Sequence record: OP617745.1
Direction: 5' to 3' (one strand)
DNA length: 64,000 nucleotides
The notes below the pieces were generated by a model that worked only from the letters and a program-made list of their open reading frames with translations, searched no databases and was not told the DNA's origin. Both the position numbers and the translations under genes were made by a program. How positions within the stretch are numbered: the stretch's first letter is position 1; the number at the start of each line of letters is the position of its first letter. Below, piece after piece: positions 47,283 through 58,290 of the stretch.

Positions 47283-49250
47283 ATGGCTAAGAAACAAGAA
47301 AGTTCAGTACTTCAAGAACATGATGTACAACGCCTTAATGATTATCAACATGCTCGTCTACGCAGTGAAATGTACTTAGGTTCAAGAAGTATCCATGAAA
47401 GTCAAGTTCTCATTTTTGGGGAAAATTCATACCAAGTTACTAACATGGAATGGGTGCCTGCATTACTCACTGCATGTCGTGAATTATGGGATAATTCACT
47501 TGATGAGTTTAAAAAAGCCGGTACTAAAGAACCGGTACTTAAAATTGAATTTGATGAAAATGAATTAACATTCAGTTGTATTGATAATGGACGAGGTATT
47601 CCGATTGATTATGTTCCAGATTTCAATACTAATCTCTGTACTATGGTAATGACTGAAACAAAGACTGGCAGAAACTTTGATGATTCAAAGCGTGATGAAA
47701 CTATTGGTCAAAATGGTCTTGGTGGATCCGTGGCAATGCTTGTAAGTTCTAAAGCTGAAATGGAAATACATCGAAAAGGTCGTCCATATAAAACATCAGC
47801 GTCCAATGATTCATATGATGGATTTTATAAATTCAGTCAAAATTTTAAAGAAGGTACTGAATTTATTCCAGAAATTCAAATTTCTGAACCAGTAATTAGA
47901 AAAATTAGTTCTGATAAAACAGGAACAAGTATTCGTCTAACATTCAGTCCCTCTGTATTTCCTAACAGAAAGTTGCCAATTGAACTGTTGTACAGTATTC
48001 TAAAAGAAATGGCATCAGCAAATCCAACATATAAAATCTTTTTGAATAATAAGCGAATTAATGTTAAACCAACTCCAGAAAAAACATTATTCAATGCATC
48101 TAAACTAATGCAACTAAATGTTAACGATGAATCTTTTAACTTTAACAGCACTTTTTATATTATTCCGAATGCTGTTAATAATATGAATACTAATTTTCAT
48201 ATGCATGGTTTAGTTAATAATGCACCAGCGTTCGATGGTGGTACTCATCTAGATACATTCAAGAAACATTTTTCACTTGGTATTGCTAATGCTCTTGAAA
48301 AAGAAGCGAAGAAGCGTAAGATGAAACCAAACCGTTCAGATATTGAAGAAGGGCTTCTGATTTATAATGTAACTACAATGAAAGCACCTTCATTCAATTC
48401 ACAAATTAAATCCAAATTAACTAACGAAAATGTAGTTAAACCAATTCAACAAGCAATGAGTACTGAATGGTTCGAAGAATTAGTTAAAAAGAATAAAGAT
48501 TGGGTTGATGAAATATTTGAACGTTGTGCTGCACGTACAAATAAAAAAGATGCAGAAGAAGATCGTCGTCTTGCTAAAAAACTTCTTAAAGGTAAAGTTG
48601 CCAAACTACTTGATTCAGTTGGTACTGATCGTTCCAAATGTATTCTAATGTTGGCAGAAGGTGATTCTGCTATTTCTAACATGGCTAGTGCTCGTGATCC
48701 TAATATTCATGGTATCTTACCTTTACGTGGTAAAATTATGAATGTGAGTGGTGAAGAGAAAACAAAAGAATTAATGGATTCTGATGCATTGCATGATATC
48801 ATGGCTAGTATTAACCTAGTTCCAGGTGTGAAGGCAAATCGTGATGAATTGAGTTTTGGTAAATTATACATAGCAACGGATGAAGATACTGACGGCCTTA
48901 ATATAGCCGCATTGATTTGTAATTTTCTTTATAAATTCTGGCCTGAATTATTTCAGGATGCCGATAATCCGTTTGTGTATGTATTCAAAACTCCATTTAT
49001 TATTCTGGAGAAAGGGAAAGAATCAAAATACTTCTATGGTTATAATGTTTCTGAATACAATCCTGAAGATTGGAAGGGTTGGAAAGCCACACGTGCAAAA
49101 GGATTAGGAACATTGGAAAAGAGTAATTTCAGAGACGCATTCACCAATAGTGTAGCGGTTGCAATTACCGATGATGGTAATTTAGGTGAAACACTGGATT
49201 TGATATTCAATAAAAAGAGAGCAGATGATCGTAAAGCATGGATGGCTTAG
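47283..49250 (+). CDS. gp39: Type IIA topoisomerase ATPase/TOPRIM subunit (gp39+gp60 in one ORF)
   Basis: ELWDNSLDE, DNGRGIP, GRNF, GQNGLG, EGDSA, PLRGKIMNV, DEDTDG and KGLG motifs. Confidence 0.93.
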   Translation: MAKKQESSVLQEHDVQRLNDYQHARLRSEMYLGSRSIHESQVLIFGENSYQVTNMEWVPALLTACRELWDNSLDEFKKAGTKEPVLKIEFDENELTFSCIDNGRGIPIDYVPDFNTNLCTMVMTETKTGRNFDDSKRDETIGQNGLGGSVAMLVSSKAEMEIHRKGRPYKTSASNDSYDGFYKFSQNFKEGTEFIPEIQISEPVIRKISSDKTGTSIRLTFSPSVFPNRKLPIELLYSILKEMASANPTYKIFLNNKRINVKPTPEKTLFNASKLMQLNVNDESFNFNSTFYIIPNAVNNMNTNFHMHGLVNNAPAFDGGTHLDTFKKHFSLGIANALEKEAKKRKMKPNRSDIEEGLLIYNVTTMKAPSFNSQIKSKLTNENVVKPIQQAMSTEWFEELVKKNKDWVDEIFERCAARTNKKDAEEDRRLAKKLLKGKVAKLLDSVGTDRSKCILMLAEGDSAISNMASARDPNIHGILPLRGKIMNVSGEEKTKELMDSDALHDIMASINLVPGVKANRDELSFGKLYIATDEDTDGLNIAALICNFLYKFWPELFQDADNPFVYVFKTPFIILEKGKESKYFYGYNVSEYNPEDWKGWKATRAKGLGTLEKSNFRDAFTNSVAVAITDDGNLGETLDLIFNKKRADDRKAWMA

Positions 49251-49253
49251 GAT

Positions 49254-50963
49254 ATGAAACATGATGAAGTAGTTAGTATAATTAAAAAATTTGCCAATGA
49301 AGTCAAGTCCAATGGGGAATCAGTACTAAAGCAAATTAAAAAGATGGATAGATATGAAGAAGTTATTTCATATCTAAAAAGCTATTATGGTGACTATGAT
49401 ATTAAAGTTCTAATTGGTTCAGTACTAAATGATTTAGATACCATTCCCATTGCTGCTTGTGGGAATGTATGTAGATTTGATGGATTAAAATTGAGGTACG
49501 TATGTGCCTCATATAAAATGAACAAAGAAGAAACATGTCCTGAGTGTCATATTAAATTAAAAGAAATAATGAACAACAACAGAATGCAATCTGTGGAAAT
49601 GAAGTACGGTACTCCATATATATCTAAAGTTCCAGAATTTAGAGAGAAAGCAAAAAATACAATGTTTAATGAGTATGGTGTATATAATATTTCTAATTTG
49701 GATTCTGTGAAAAAGAAAAAAAGTGATAATTATCACAATAAAAGTTTAGAAGAAAAAGAACGTATTAAAGAAAAAAATAAGAAAAAAGTAATACAGACAT
49801 ATGGTGTTGATAACGTATCTAAATCTGAAATTGTAAAACAAAAGAAACTTGGTAATAAAAATCCATTCAATAATAGTACTTTTAAAATTAAAAATATCAT
49901 TAATACAACCAAACGAAGATATAATAGCATAACAGACTATTTAAAAACCAATGATAAACCATATACACTAACTTACATGCCATTTGCATATAAAGATGAC
50001 CATGTATTTCAATGTAAGTGTGGTGAAATTATAAGTTGTAAAATACAATCGTTTGATACAATACGTTGTTATAAATGTTTCCCATTGGAAGTAAGTTCTG
50101 GTGAACTTTGGTTGAGACAAGAAATTGAAAATATTATAAGTAATACATCAACAAGTACTGAAATGTTATTAAATCAAAGGTATGATTTTATTGATAACAG
50201 AGAAATTGATATATACTTACCTGAATTGAAAATAGGTTTTGAATTCAATGGTTCGTACTGGCATAATGATGAACACAAAGATAAGTACTATCATCAGAAG
50301 AAATCGATTTCTGCAAAAAACAATGGTATCAATTTAATACATATCCATGAATCTGATTATAATAAAATAAAAGATAAAATTGTAATGAGATTAAAACATG
50401 TATTAAACAAAAATGATAAAACAATTTATGCAAGAAAATGTATTGTAAAAGAAGTATCATTTAAAGAAAGTGAAGTATTTTTGGATGAATATCATTTTCA
50501 ACAATCATGTGTATCAGGTATAAGAATTGGATTATATTATGATAATGAATTAGTAGCATTGGCTACGTATGGAAAATCCAGATATGACAAAAAATATGAA
50601 TATGAATTATTGAGATTCTGTACCAAGTATTCGGTACCGGGTGGATTTAGTAAAATAATGAAATACTTTGAGCAAACATACAACCCCAAATCATTGATGA
50701 CATATGCCGATCTGGACTGGAGTAATGGTAATGTTTATGAAAAAAATGGGTTTGAGTTTGTGAAATACACCGAACCAAGTTACTTTTACGTGGATAAATA
50801 TCAAAATAAAATTTCAAGATATGATTGTCGTAAAACTGAATTATTAAAACTATATGATTGGGCTACCAATGATATGACGGAAACTGAAATCTGTAAAAAA
50901 TTAAATTACAATAAAATATATTCATCTGGAAATATAGTTTATCGTAAAATATATAACAAATAA
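49254..50963 (+). CDS. Putative Hef/Vsr-like homing endonuclease with GNAT-like C-domain, copy 3
   Basis: YGV repeats, EIDIYLPELKIGFEFNGSYWH, FLDEYHFQ...YELLRF...GGFSKI...TYAD; inserted between the topoisomerase subunit genes. Confidence 0.75.
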   Translation: MKHDEVVSIIKKFANEVKSNGESVLKQIKKMDRYEEVISYLKSYYGDYDIKVLIGSVLNDLDTIPIAACGNVCRFDGLKLRYVCASYKMNKEETCPECHIKLKEIMNNNRMQSVEMKYGTPYISKVPEFREKAKNTMFNEYGVYNISNLDSVKKKKSDNYHNKSLEEKERIKEKNKKKVIQTYGVDNVSKSEIVKQKKLGNKNPFNNSTFKIKNIINTTKRRYNSITDYLKTNDKPYTLTYMPFAYKDDHVFQCKCGEIISCKIQSFDTIRCYKCFPLEVSSGELWLRQEIENIISNTSTSTEMLLNQRYDFIDNREIDIYLPELKIGFEFNGSYWHNDEHKDKYYHQKKSISAKNNGINLIHIHESDYNKIKDKIVMRLKHVLNKNDKTIYARKCIVKEVSFKESEVFLDEYHFQQSCVSGIRIGLYYDNELVALATYGKSRYDKKYEYELLRFCTKYSVPGGFSKIMKYFEQTYNPKSLMTYADLDWSNGNVYEKNGFEFVKYTEPSYFYVDKYQNKISRYDCRKTELLKLYDWATNDMTETEICKKLNYNKIYSSGNIVYRKIYNK

Positions 50964-50978
50964 CAAAGAGGCAATGGA

Positions 50979-52385
50979 ATGGCTAAAAAAGAAAAAACTC
51001 AAGGTATTGATAATGCAACATTAACGCTATTAGATTACAACAGTTCTGAATATTTGAATAGCACTTCACTAGAATATTCAATGTATACATTAGATCGTGC
51101 TATTCCCGGAATTGATGGTCTAAAGAGTTCACAACGAAAAGCAATTTTTACGCTAAGTAAAATATCAGGTGAAATTAAAACAGTATCATGTGCTGGTCGC
51201 ATGATTAGTGATGGTATCTATTTACATGGTGATTCATCTGCAAGTGGTACACTACAACAACTGGCATCACCTGTAGCAAACAATTATCCACTCATTGGTA
51301 AACGTGGTGGTTTTGGTACACAGGTAAACAGTACACCAGCATCACCTCGATATACATATGTGAAGAAGAACAAAAGTACCGAAGAATTAATTCTTCGTGA
51401 TATGGAAATTATTCCAATGCAAGAAAACTATGATGGTACCACTATGGAACCAACACATTTTCTTCCAATCATTCCATTATCGTTGTTTGGTAATGACAGT
51501 ATGTCGGTTGGTTATAAGAGTACAATTCTTCCTTATAAAATTAAAGATATTATTGATAACTGTATCCGTGTTATTGATAAAACTGAACTAAGAGAAATGA
51601 TCCCATATTATGTATCAGTTGGTGCAAGCGAAACTGTAACTAAACTTGATGAAAACAAATATGAGTTCTATGGAACAGCAGAAGTTATTGATGCCAGTAC
51701 CGTAAAAGTTACTGGATTGCCACCCAACTATAGCGTTGAAAAATTTGTTGAAAAATTAATTAAGATGGGTGATGATGGTGAAATTCGTGATTATGATAAT
51801 GGTAGTACTGATACCATTGATATAACGATAAAATTACCACGTGGTACATCAAGCAAATGGACTGAAAAGGATGTGATTGATTATTTTGGTCTATCCAAGA
51901 AAATTACACAAATTCTTACAGTACTCGATGCGAATGGTCGTGTTCGTGTATATGATAACACTTCTGACCTAATTAAAGATTTCGTCGAATTTCGTTTTGG
52001 CTATTACATTAAACGTTATGAGAAAAAAGTTAAAGATTGTACTGAAGAAGTTATATATAAAATTCTAATTAAAGAATGCTTTGATAATGATATGATTGGC
52101 AAAGTTAAATCATTTAAGAATCGTGCTGAGTTAGTTGATTTTGTAACTAAACTCAATATTGATATTGGGGCAAGTGAAGATAATATTCAAAGCATAGTTA
52201 ATTATCCTTCTTATCGCTGGACACAAGAAAACTATAATGCAGTATTGAAAGATATTCAGGATAATATGGATTTAATTGATAAGTACAACGATTTACTTAA
52301 TAATAAAAATAAAATTTGGGATATCTACAAAGAAGAACTTAAAGAGCTTCGTAAGATTGATTTTACACCAAAACAAGAAAACTAA
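50979..52385 (+). CDS. gp52: Type IIA topoisomerase breakage-reunion subunit (gp52)
   Basis: DRAIPGIDGLKSSQRK, YLHGD, catalytic ASPRYT and EPTHFLP motifs. Confidence 0.93.
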   Translation: MAKKEKTQGIDNATLTLLDYNSSEYLNSTSLEYSMYTLDRAIPGIDGLKSSQRKAIFTLSKISGEIKTVSCAGRMISDGIYLHGDSSASGTLQQLASPVANNYPLIGKRGGFGTQVNSTPASPRYTYVKKNKSTEELILRDMEIIPMQENYDGTTMEPTHFLPIIPLSLFGNDSMSVGYKSTILPYKIKDIIDNCIRVIDKTELREMIPYYVSVGASETVTKLDENKYEFYGTAEVIDASTVKVTGLPPNYSVEKFVEKLIKMGDDGEIRDYDNGSTDTIDITIKLPRGTSSKWTEKDVIDYFGLSKKITQILTVLDANGRVRVYDNTSDLIKDFVEFRFGYYIKRYEKKVKDCTEEVIYKILIKECFDNDMIGKVKSFKNRAELVDFVTKLNIDIGASEDNIQSIVNYPSYRWTQENYNAVLKDIQDNMDLIDKYNDLLNNKNKIWDIYKEELKELRKIDFTPKQEN

Positions 52386-52396
52386 TAATAAAGTCT

Positions 52397-52423
52397 GGAG
52401 CACATATAATAGTGCTCCTTTTT
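52397..52423 (+). terminator. Intrinsic terminator followed by TAAATA
   Basis: GGAGCAC-ATATAATA-GTGCTCCTTTTT; TAAATA at about 52426. Confidence 0.7.
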
Positions 52424-52458
52424 AGTAAATACCCTATATAAAACGGGAGAAAAGAAGA

Positions 52459-54786
52459 ATGGAAAATTTTACTCCTTTATGGGATATAAAATCGGAATCT
52501 GAATTTATTCAAGAGAGTGCTGACATATTAGTAACAACAAATATTAATAAAGATCCAGATGATAAAAACACTTCGTATGTTCTCAAGGACGGGGAATATA
52601 TACTAATTCAGTTTCTAATAGAAACAAAAAATAAAGATGATACCAGTTTTGTGGCAGAAGACCATTATACGTTGTATGCCGGTGAAGATGTTAATAATTT
52701 GAAAAACATAACCACTGGTATTACTAAAAATAAATCAATCACAGGAAATCACTATGCTAAATTAACAAAAGAGCAATTTGATTTAATTGATGAAAATACA
52801 TCACCCATCTGGTATTTCAAATTACATTGTAAAAATAACGGAACATTTGATAGTATTGAAATTACTACATTTACAATAGTGAGTGTAACTCGCGTTTCTC
52901 CATCTGATAGCATTACCATTGGTACAATTACAACCAGTTCACAATCTATCACTTATAACAGTACTGAATTTTGGGTAACTCCCGGTGTAGTTGTTGGTGA
53001 TGATAACAATAATTATTGTATAGGTGATATTAGTTTCGGTAATGATAGTACTCTGTTTGTACAGGCGTTTGGTCGTAAAGTACCAGGAACCACACCGAGA
53101 GTATTTTATCCAATTTATCGTTTAATGTCTATTACAGAAGATGAATTACCACAAACTGATATTACTGGAAAGAGAGCAATTCTTTTTCCACAAAAAGAAG
53201 AATTCCCAATTACTGGCAATAACAAAGAAGTGAAAGTGAACATTCTTGATGAAACAACAAAAACCTATGATACAGGTTTGGTGTTCAATCCAAATGGACA
53301 ATTCTTACAAGCATTTTTATATGATTCATCACCATATGATTTGTATTTTAAAGTTCAAATACAAGATATAGAAAGTTCGTATACTAATGATAGTGAGCGT
53401 TATGCAATTTCACAAAGTTTTAAATCCGGTCAGATGTTTTTATGTCCAAGTGAATTTGATTTCATTTATTCAAACGATGTTCCAGTCGCTAATCATTTAT
53501 ATCAGTTGAAATCTGGTGTTACTTACCCATATGTTGTTGACAGTGATACAGAAGACGGTTTGGAAAAACCCGTATTTAATAGTGATGACTGGGTTGATCT
53601 TGGTTTGTATGATAAAACACTGGGTACAGGGATTATTGGTGAAACAAAAATATTCAGAATGCTTGCAAACTCTGGTACTTCTGGTAAAATTAGTTTTATT
53701 ACTGATAGTGATTTGGGTACTATTCATGTAGGTGAATATTTTGGTCACAGTACTTATCCTGTTATTGAAACAGATTCTGAATTTAACGTATCTTTTAAAA
53801 TAGTATCAGGTTCTGATATTACAAAATATGGACTTGAATTAAAACCAAATGGTTATTTATGTGGTACTGCGTATGCTAAAAGTACTGATTTCACTGCAAA
53901 TGATGATATCCCACTCGAATTTGAAGTTGAGGCTTATGATACTTCTGGTCTGAGAAATACAAAAACATTCCAATTAAGAATTATTCGTGGATTTGGAGAA
54001 AACTATATAAGTTCACATTTAGTACCATCTGTACAATTCGAAAGAGAATGGTTTAAATGTATTAGTTCTACGATATTTGGTAATCAGCAATTATTCAGAA
54101 TTTCTGACGAACGATATGGGTTACAAAAAGTTCCGCGTATTCTATTAAAAGAGAATTATGTTTCACAGGATTATAATTATAATACACTAAAAGAACTAAA
54201 AAGAGTACTAAGGAAAAATATTATTGATGAAAATAATATCCCACAAGGTACTTTCAATTTAGTAATGGGTAATTACAAAGTACTATCATGTCTTGACAAT
54301 TTAGGAAATTTACAGTACGATTTATTATTCAGAGAAGTACACCCATCTGGTTCTATTATTTCAGTAAGTAATAATCCAAGAAGTTATTCGATTAAAAATT
54401 ATACTTCTTTGACTGAAGTTTTTGGTTTAAGACAAAATTTGTTCAATGCTATTGGAGAAGACACTACCAATCTCATAACAGATCCAGATGATTTGAATAA
54501 CAGGGGGTTATATGTAACGGGTTTGGACAGTTCACAAATGCTCGATACCGTTCCTCGTTTCATGAATCATCCATATGAAGGTGATGGTCTTAGTTCTGAA
54601 TTCATGGTATTAATACCGGTTGCTTACTGTTTGCCGGGTAAAGGCGATGATTTGTTCTATAATCTCTATCAAAACAATGAGCACAAACTTATGGTAGGTA
54701 CTGAATTTGAAGTTCCAGCAGTTGAATTTATTACTCATGTTGGCTATATGAAGGAAAAATTTCAAATTATTTTACAAAAATCTTAA
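52459..54786 (+). CDS. Large structural protein (baseplate/tail-like, Ig-like beta modules)
   Basis: 775 aa, beta-rich, with GLELKPNGYLCG...FEVEAYD Ig-like segments and a late-promoter motif upstream. Confidence 0.55.
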   Translation: MENFTPLWDIKSESEFIQESADILVTTNINKDPDDKNTSYVLKDGEYILIQFLIETKNKDDTSFVAEDHYTLYAGEDVNNLKNITTGITKNKSITGNHYAKLTKEQFDLIDENTSPIWYFKLHCKNNGTFDSIEITTFTIVSVTRVSPSDSITIGTITTSSQSITYNSTEFWVTPGVVVGDDNNNYCIGDISFGNDSTLFVQAFGRKVPGTTPRVFYPIYRLMSITEDELPQTDITGKRAILFPQKEEFPITGNNKEVKVNILDETTKTYDTGLVFNPNGQFLQAFLYDSSPYDLYFKVQIQDIESSYTNDSERYAISQSFKSGQMFLCPSEFDFIYSNDVPVANHLYQLKSGVTYPYVVDSDTEDGLEKPVFNSDDWVDLGLYDKTLGTGIIGETKIFRMLANSGTSGKISFITDSDLGTIHVGEYFGHSTYPVIETDSEFNVSFKIVSGSDITKYGLELKPNGYLCGTAYAKSTDFTANDDIPLEFEVEAYDTSGLRNTKTFQLRIIRGFGENYISSHLVPSVQFEREWFKCISSTIFGNQQLFRISDERYGLQKVPRILLKENYVSQDYNYNTLKELKRVLRKNIIDENNIPQGTFNLVMGNYKVLSCLDNLGNLQYDLLFREVHPSGSIISVSNNPRSYSIKNYTSLTEVFGLRQNLFNAIGEDTTNLITDPDDLNNRGLYVTGLDSSQMLDTVPRFMNHPYEGDGLSSEFMVLIPVAYCLPGKGDDLFYNLYQNNEHKLMVGTEFEVPAVEFITHVGYMKEKFQIILQKS

Positions 54787-54799
54787 AAAGGAGTGTATA

Positions 54800-55108
54800 A
54801 TGTCTCATCCATTATTTGATGCCAGTGATTTTACAGATAAGGAATTATATGCTAAAATTAATGAGCAAATTTTACGTATAGCAAAAGCACGCTCGATTGG
54901 TATGAGTGAATCAGTAATTAGTCAAATGCAGATGCTTTTGGATTCTTATTATACAGAAATTGAAAACAGATCAACCAAAAAGGTTATAAGTAAAATGGAA
55001 GATTCAGATCCTTGTGTGTTTGATTTGAGTTCATATCTGGAAGACAATGACGGTGTGAAGAAGAAAAATGAAAGTACAGGGAAACAGATATATAAGTCCC
55101 AATGGTGA
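54800..55108 (+). CDS. Hypothetical protein
   Basis: 102 aa with AAGGAG RBS. Confidence 0.7.
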   Translation: MSHPLFDASDFTDKELYAKINEQILRIAKARSIGMSESVISQMQMLLDSYYTEIENRSTKKVISKMEDSDPCVFDLSSYLEDNDGVKKKNESTGKQIYKSQW

Positions 55109-55586
55109 TGTTAAATGTAATCTAAATGCAGTAGTTTATGCCATTAATTGTGGTGCTGATATTCAGTACTTACAATTAATGGATTTAGATGAAAGAGAAA
55201 GATTACTTTTCAATGATAACTGTAAGAAGTTTGGTTTAGAACAACGAATGTTAGACTACACAATAGATCATGAACGTAATCATGAATTATGGTGTTATGA
55301 TCCATTCTATGATAAAATAAACCTCAAAGAATTCTTTTTGGGTAAATGTGAAACACCAGAAGCACGAGAACGAGTTCTTTATGAACTGGAATTGTATGAA
55401 TTTTACAATATGTCAAAATTACTTCGTTGCATGATTTGGTTGGTTGATTACTTTGAGGAAAATAATATCTTTTGGGGTTTGGGTCGTGGTAGTTCGGTAT
55501 CATCTTATTGTTTATTTTTGATTGGATTACATTTGGTGGATTCCTTGAAATACGATTTAGATGTTAATGAATTTTTGAAATATTGA
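55068..55586 (+). CDS. dnaE: DnaE-like N-terminal fragment carrying the GRGS motif
   Basis: RERVLYEL..., WGLGRGSSVSSYCLFLIGLHLVDSLKYDL..NEFL corresponds to DnaE GPGRGSGAGSLVAYAL.IT..DPL.FDLLFERFL. Confidence 0.8.
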   Translation: MKVQGNRYISPNGDVKCNLNAVVYAINCGADIQYLQLMDLDERERLLFNDNCKKFGLEQRMLDYTIDHERNHELWCYDPFYDKINLKEFFLGKCETPEARERVLYELELYEFYNMSKLLRCMIWLVDYFEENNIFWGLGRGSSVSSYCLFLIGLHLVDSLKYDLDVNEFLKY

Positions 55587-55590
55587 TTTT

Positions 55591-55618
55591 TGAACAAAAA
55601 TCACAAAAATGATATAAT
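55591..55618 (+). promoter_or_regulatory. Promoter TGAACA-N16-TATAAT (extended -10)
   Basis: Recurrent motif. Confidence 0.6.
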
Positions 55619-55650
55619 AAAGAAAACAGTTAATAAAAAGGATTTTTAAA

Positions 55651-56010
55651 ATGGTAAAGCACGTATCTTATCGTGGTAAAGTTGTTGATATGGAATTACT
55701 TAAATCACAAAACCAATATAAAGCTGCAATTGGTAATGCACAACTAAATGCTCGCGGCGATAAAATTGGTCGAGGTGGTACGGTCATTAAAACGCGTGAA
55801 CAATTGATGCAAGAACGTGAAGCTGCATTACAGGTTCCTGATTTTATTCCAGTACAGAATTCTTCCAGTACTGAATATTCAACTGAATGGGATGATTCAC
55901 AATTTAATGCATTTCCTGACATTACGGAATCACCACAAGAAGCACCAGCAGAAGTTCAGACGAAAAAAGCTGCACCACGTAGGACAAAAAAGGGTTCAAG
56001 TAATGAGTGA
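55651..56010 (+). CDS. Hypothetical protein
   Basis: 119 aa with AAGGA RBS. Confidence 0.7.
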   Translation: MVKHVSYRGKVVDMELLKSQNQYKAAIGNAQLNARGDKIGRGGTVIKTREQLMQEREAALQVPDFIPVQNSSSTEYSTEWDDSQFNAFPDITESPQEAPAEVQTKKAAPRRTKKGSSNE

Positions 56011-56335
56011 TAAAGTATTGAAAGCATGTAGAGGTAAAGTACTCGTAACTGATTTGGAAGTAGGTGAGCGAGTAACAAATGGTGGTATTGTTTTAACTAA
56101 TGACAACGGTCGCAGTCGAGGCATTCGTTCCCGATGGGCTAAAGTTTATTCAATTGGTGAAGGTGTAACTGGTATTGAAGAAGGTCAATGGATTTTAATT
56201 GATCATGGTCGATGGAGCCGCACTATTGAAGTTGACGGTATTAAACTAAATCTGGTTGATTATCCAGCTTCGGTAATGTTAGTGTCAGATGACGACCCAC
56301 GCCAGCGTTGCACTTCATTTGGTTATTTTTCTTAA
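56003..56335 (+). CDS. groES: GroES/gp31-like co-chaperonin
   Basis: LKA...KVLV...E.VTNGGIVL...AKVYSIGEGV...GQWIL; the ATG at 56003 overlaps the upstream stop. Confidence 0.82.
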   Translation: MSDKVLKACRGKVLVTDLEVGERVTNGGIVLTNDNGRSRGIRSRWAKVYSIGEGVTGIEEGQWILIDHGRWSRTIEVDGIKLNLVDYPASVMLVSDDDPRQRCTSFGYFS

Positions 56336-56343
56336 TATTATTA

Positions 56344-56367
56344 AAAGTCCAGAATATTCTGGACTTT
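56344..56367. terminator. Perfect 24-bp palindrome, probable terminator
   Basis: AAAGTCCAGAATATTCTGGACTTT followed by ATTTTT. Confidence 0.7.
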
Positions 56368-56386
56368 ATTTTTTAATGAGGAAAAT

Positions 56387-56656
56387 ATGATAACACCAGA
56401 AGGACAATTCAGCTTCAAAGATATTATATTAGTGTCAAAGAATAATAGATTTATGCTGGAAGACAGAAAAAGAAAAAACAAAGTATATGAAGTACAACAC
56501 GATACTTTTAAAACTATGTTAGTACTTGCTGCACAAGCAAAGGGGAGAGGATTTACTAAAAAAGTAAATTCATTTGAGTTTTTATATAACCAATTGGAAG
56601 TTACAGAAGATTTATTTACTGCATTAATGTATGATTTTACTGATTGGACTGATTAA
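56387..56656 (+). CDS. Hypothetical protein
   Basis: 89 aa with GAGG RBS. Confidence 0.65.
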   Translation: MITPEGQFSFKDIILVSKNNRFMLEDRKRKNKVYEVQHDTFKTMLVLAAQAKGRGFTKKVNSFEFLYNQLEVTEDLFTALMYDFTDWTD

Positions 56657-56667
56657 AGGAAAAATAA

Positions 56668-57627
56668 ATGAGTAGTAGTACTTTATGGACAGAAAAATAT
56701 CGCCCACTTACTATGGATGATTATGTTTCAAAAAATGACGCCCTTCGTCAAAAAATGGAAGAATGGATCCGTACTGGTGATATTCCCCATATTGGTTTTT
56801 TTGGTCCAGCAGGAACTGGTAAAACGAGTGCGATTGGTGTTTTACTCAATGGGTTGGAACAAAACGGTCACATTGATATGGGTGATGTGACTATTCTCAA
56901 TATGAGTTCAGAAGGTATGGACGCCATTCGTGAAAAAATCGAAAGCACAGCACAGTTATCATGTTATGGAAGATACAGAATTTTTGTTCTCGAAGAGTTT
57001 GAAACTACTTCACAGCGTTCACAAGGTTCAATGAAACGTATTATGGAAGATTATCATGAAACTTCTCGTTTCATCATTACCAGTAATGAACCACATAAAA
57101 TCCAAAAACCTATCATCTCCAGATTACAAGTAATTAATATCGAAAAACACGATATTGATCAATTCATGACACGAGTACTTGATATCCTTATTAAAGAAGG
57201 TGTTGAGCTTGATACAGAAGAAAGTATCAATACAGTACAGGAATACATCAAAGCATCATACCCAGATTTTCGTAAAACACTAAATGTATTGCAACAAAAT
57301 GTCATTAATGGTAAACTTGTCCACATGGAAGATAGTATTGAATCTTCTGCAACGTACAGAACCGAGATAGTAGAAGCACTGAAAAACGGTACTATTCGTG
57401 CAATGCGTGAAAAAATTGTACAAAGTATTCCAGAAGATGAGATGGATGCATTCTTTTCTTATCTGTACCGCAATGCTGAAATGTTCAGTACTGAACCTGT
57501 TACTCTGATGAAAATCAAAGTAAAAATTCGTGATGCAGTTGTTAAACAAGCTACTGTATCAGACCGAGAAATGAATCTAAGTGCTTTACTTTGTGAAATA
57601 GATTTGATCTGTTCAGGAAATATGTAA
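56668..57627 (+). CDS. gp44: Sliding-clamp loader large subunit (gp44/RFC AAA+)
   Basis: WTEKYRP, GPAGTGKTS, VLEEFE (Walker B), ISRL and PDFRK motifs. Confidence 0.92.
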   Translation: MSSSTLWTEKYRPLTMDDYVSKNDALRQKMEEWIRTGDIPHIGFFGPAGTGKTSAIGVLLNGLEQNGHIDMGDVTILNMSSEGMDAIREKIESTAQLSCYGRYRIFVLEEFETTSQRSQGSMKRIMEDYHETSRFIITSNEPHKIQKPIISRLQVINIEKHDIDQFMTRVLDILIKEGVELDTEESINTVQEYIKASYPDFRKTLNVLQQNVINGKLVHMEDSIESSATYRTEIVEALKNGTIRAMREKIVQSIPEDEMDAFFSYLYRNAEMFSTEPVTLMKIKVKIRDAVVKQATVSDREMNLSALLCEIDLICSGNM

Positions 57628-57629
57628 AA

Positions 57630-58253
57630 ATGAATAAACAAGATTGTCTTGTATTTGATTGTGATGAAGTTCTTCTTAACCACTTAGGGGCTTTTCGCTC
57701 CTTTGTTTTTGAACATTACAATATCACACCGAATACTGAATACCCCGTTGAATATAATTTGGGATCGTGGTTTGATGTTTCTAACACTGAAATTAATGAA
57801 ATGATCAAACACTTCAATGAACGTTCTTATCAATTCGGATTACTAGAACCATTACAGCACAATACAGTAGAAGTAATGCATGAATTGCGAAGAGAATTCC
57901 CTAATAATAAAATTGTAGTATTAACTAAATCAGGCACTGGTGGTCATGGTGAAGTACTTAGAAAAGTAAATTTAATTAATGTCTTCGGGTATATATTCGA
58001 TGACATTATTATAATTGAAATGTATGAATCCAAAAAAGGTGCACTATATCAATTACAACAAAAATATAATGTAAAATTTTTAGTTGATGATTATATTAAA
58101 AATATCAAGGATGCTATGCAATTGGGAATTCGTGGTATTATGCTTAAATCCACATATAATGAAATTTACAGTTCAAGTACTGAATTTGATTATGTAAATA
58201 ACTGGAGTGAGCTTAGATTAAAAATATACGAAATTTTGAACAGTAGTAAATAG
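57630..58253 (+). CDS. HAD-superfamily 5'(3')-nucleotidase-like protein
   Basis: VFDCDEVL, VLTKS, K and LVDD motifs. Confidence 0.75.
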   Translation: MNKQDCLVFDCDEVLLNHLGAFRSFVFEHYNITPNTEYPVEYNLGSWFDVSNTEINEMIKHFNERSYQFGLLEPLQHNTVEVMHELRREFPNNKIVVLTKSGTGGHGEVLRKVNLINVFGYIFDDIIIIEMYESKKGALYQLQQKYNVKFLVDDYIKNIKDAMQLGIRGIMLKSTYNEIYSSSTEFDYVNNWSELRLKIYEILNSSK

Positions 58254-58290
58254 TATATATGATTGTAGATTTATAAAGGAATATAAAATT

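Noticed and set aside
47283-49250. T4 gene 60-type translational bypass or split in the topoisomerase gene
   Set aside because: The ATPase and TOPRIM motifs lie in one continuous ORF.
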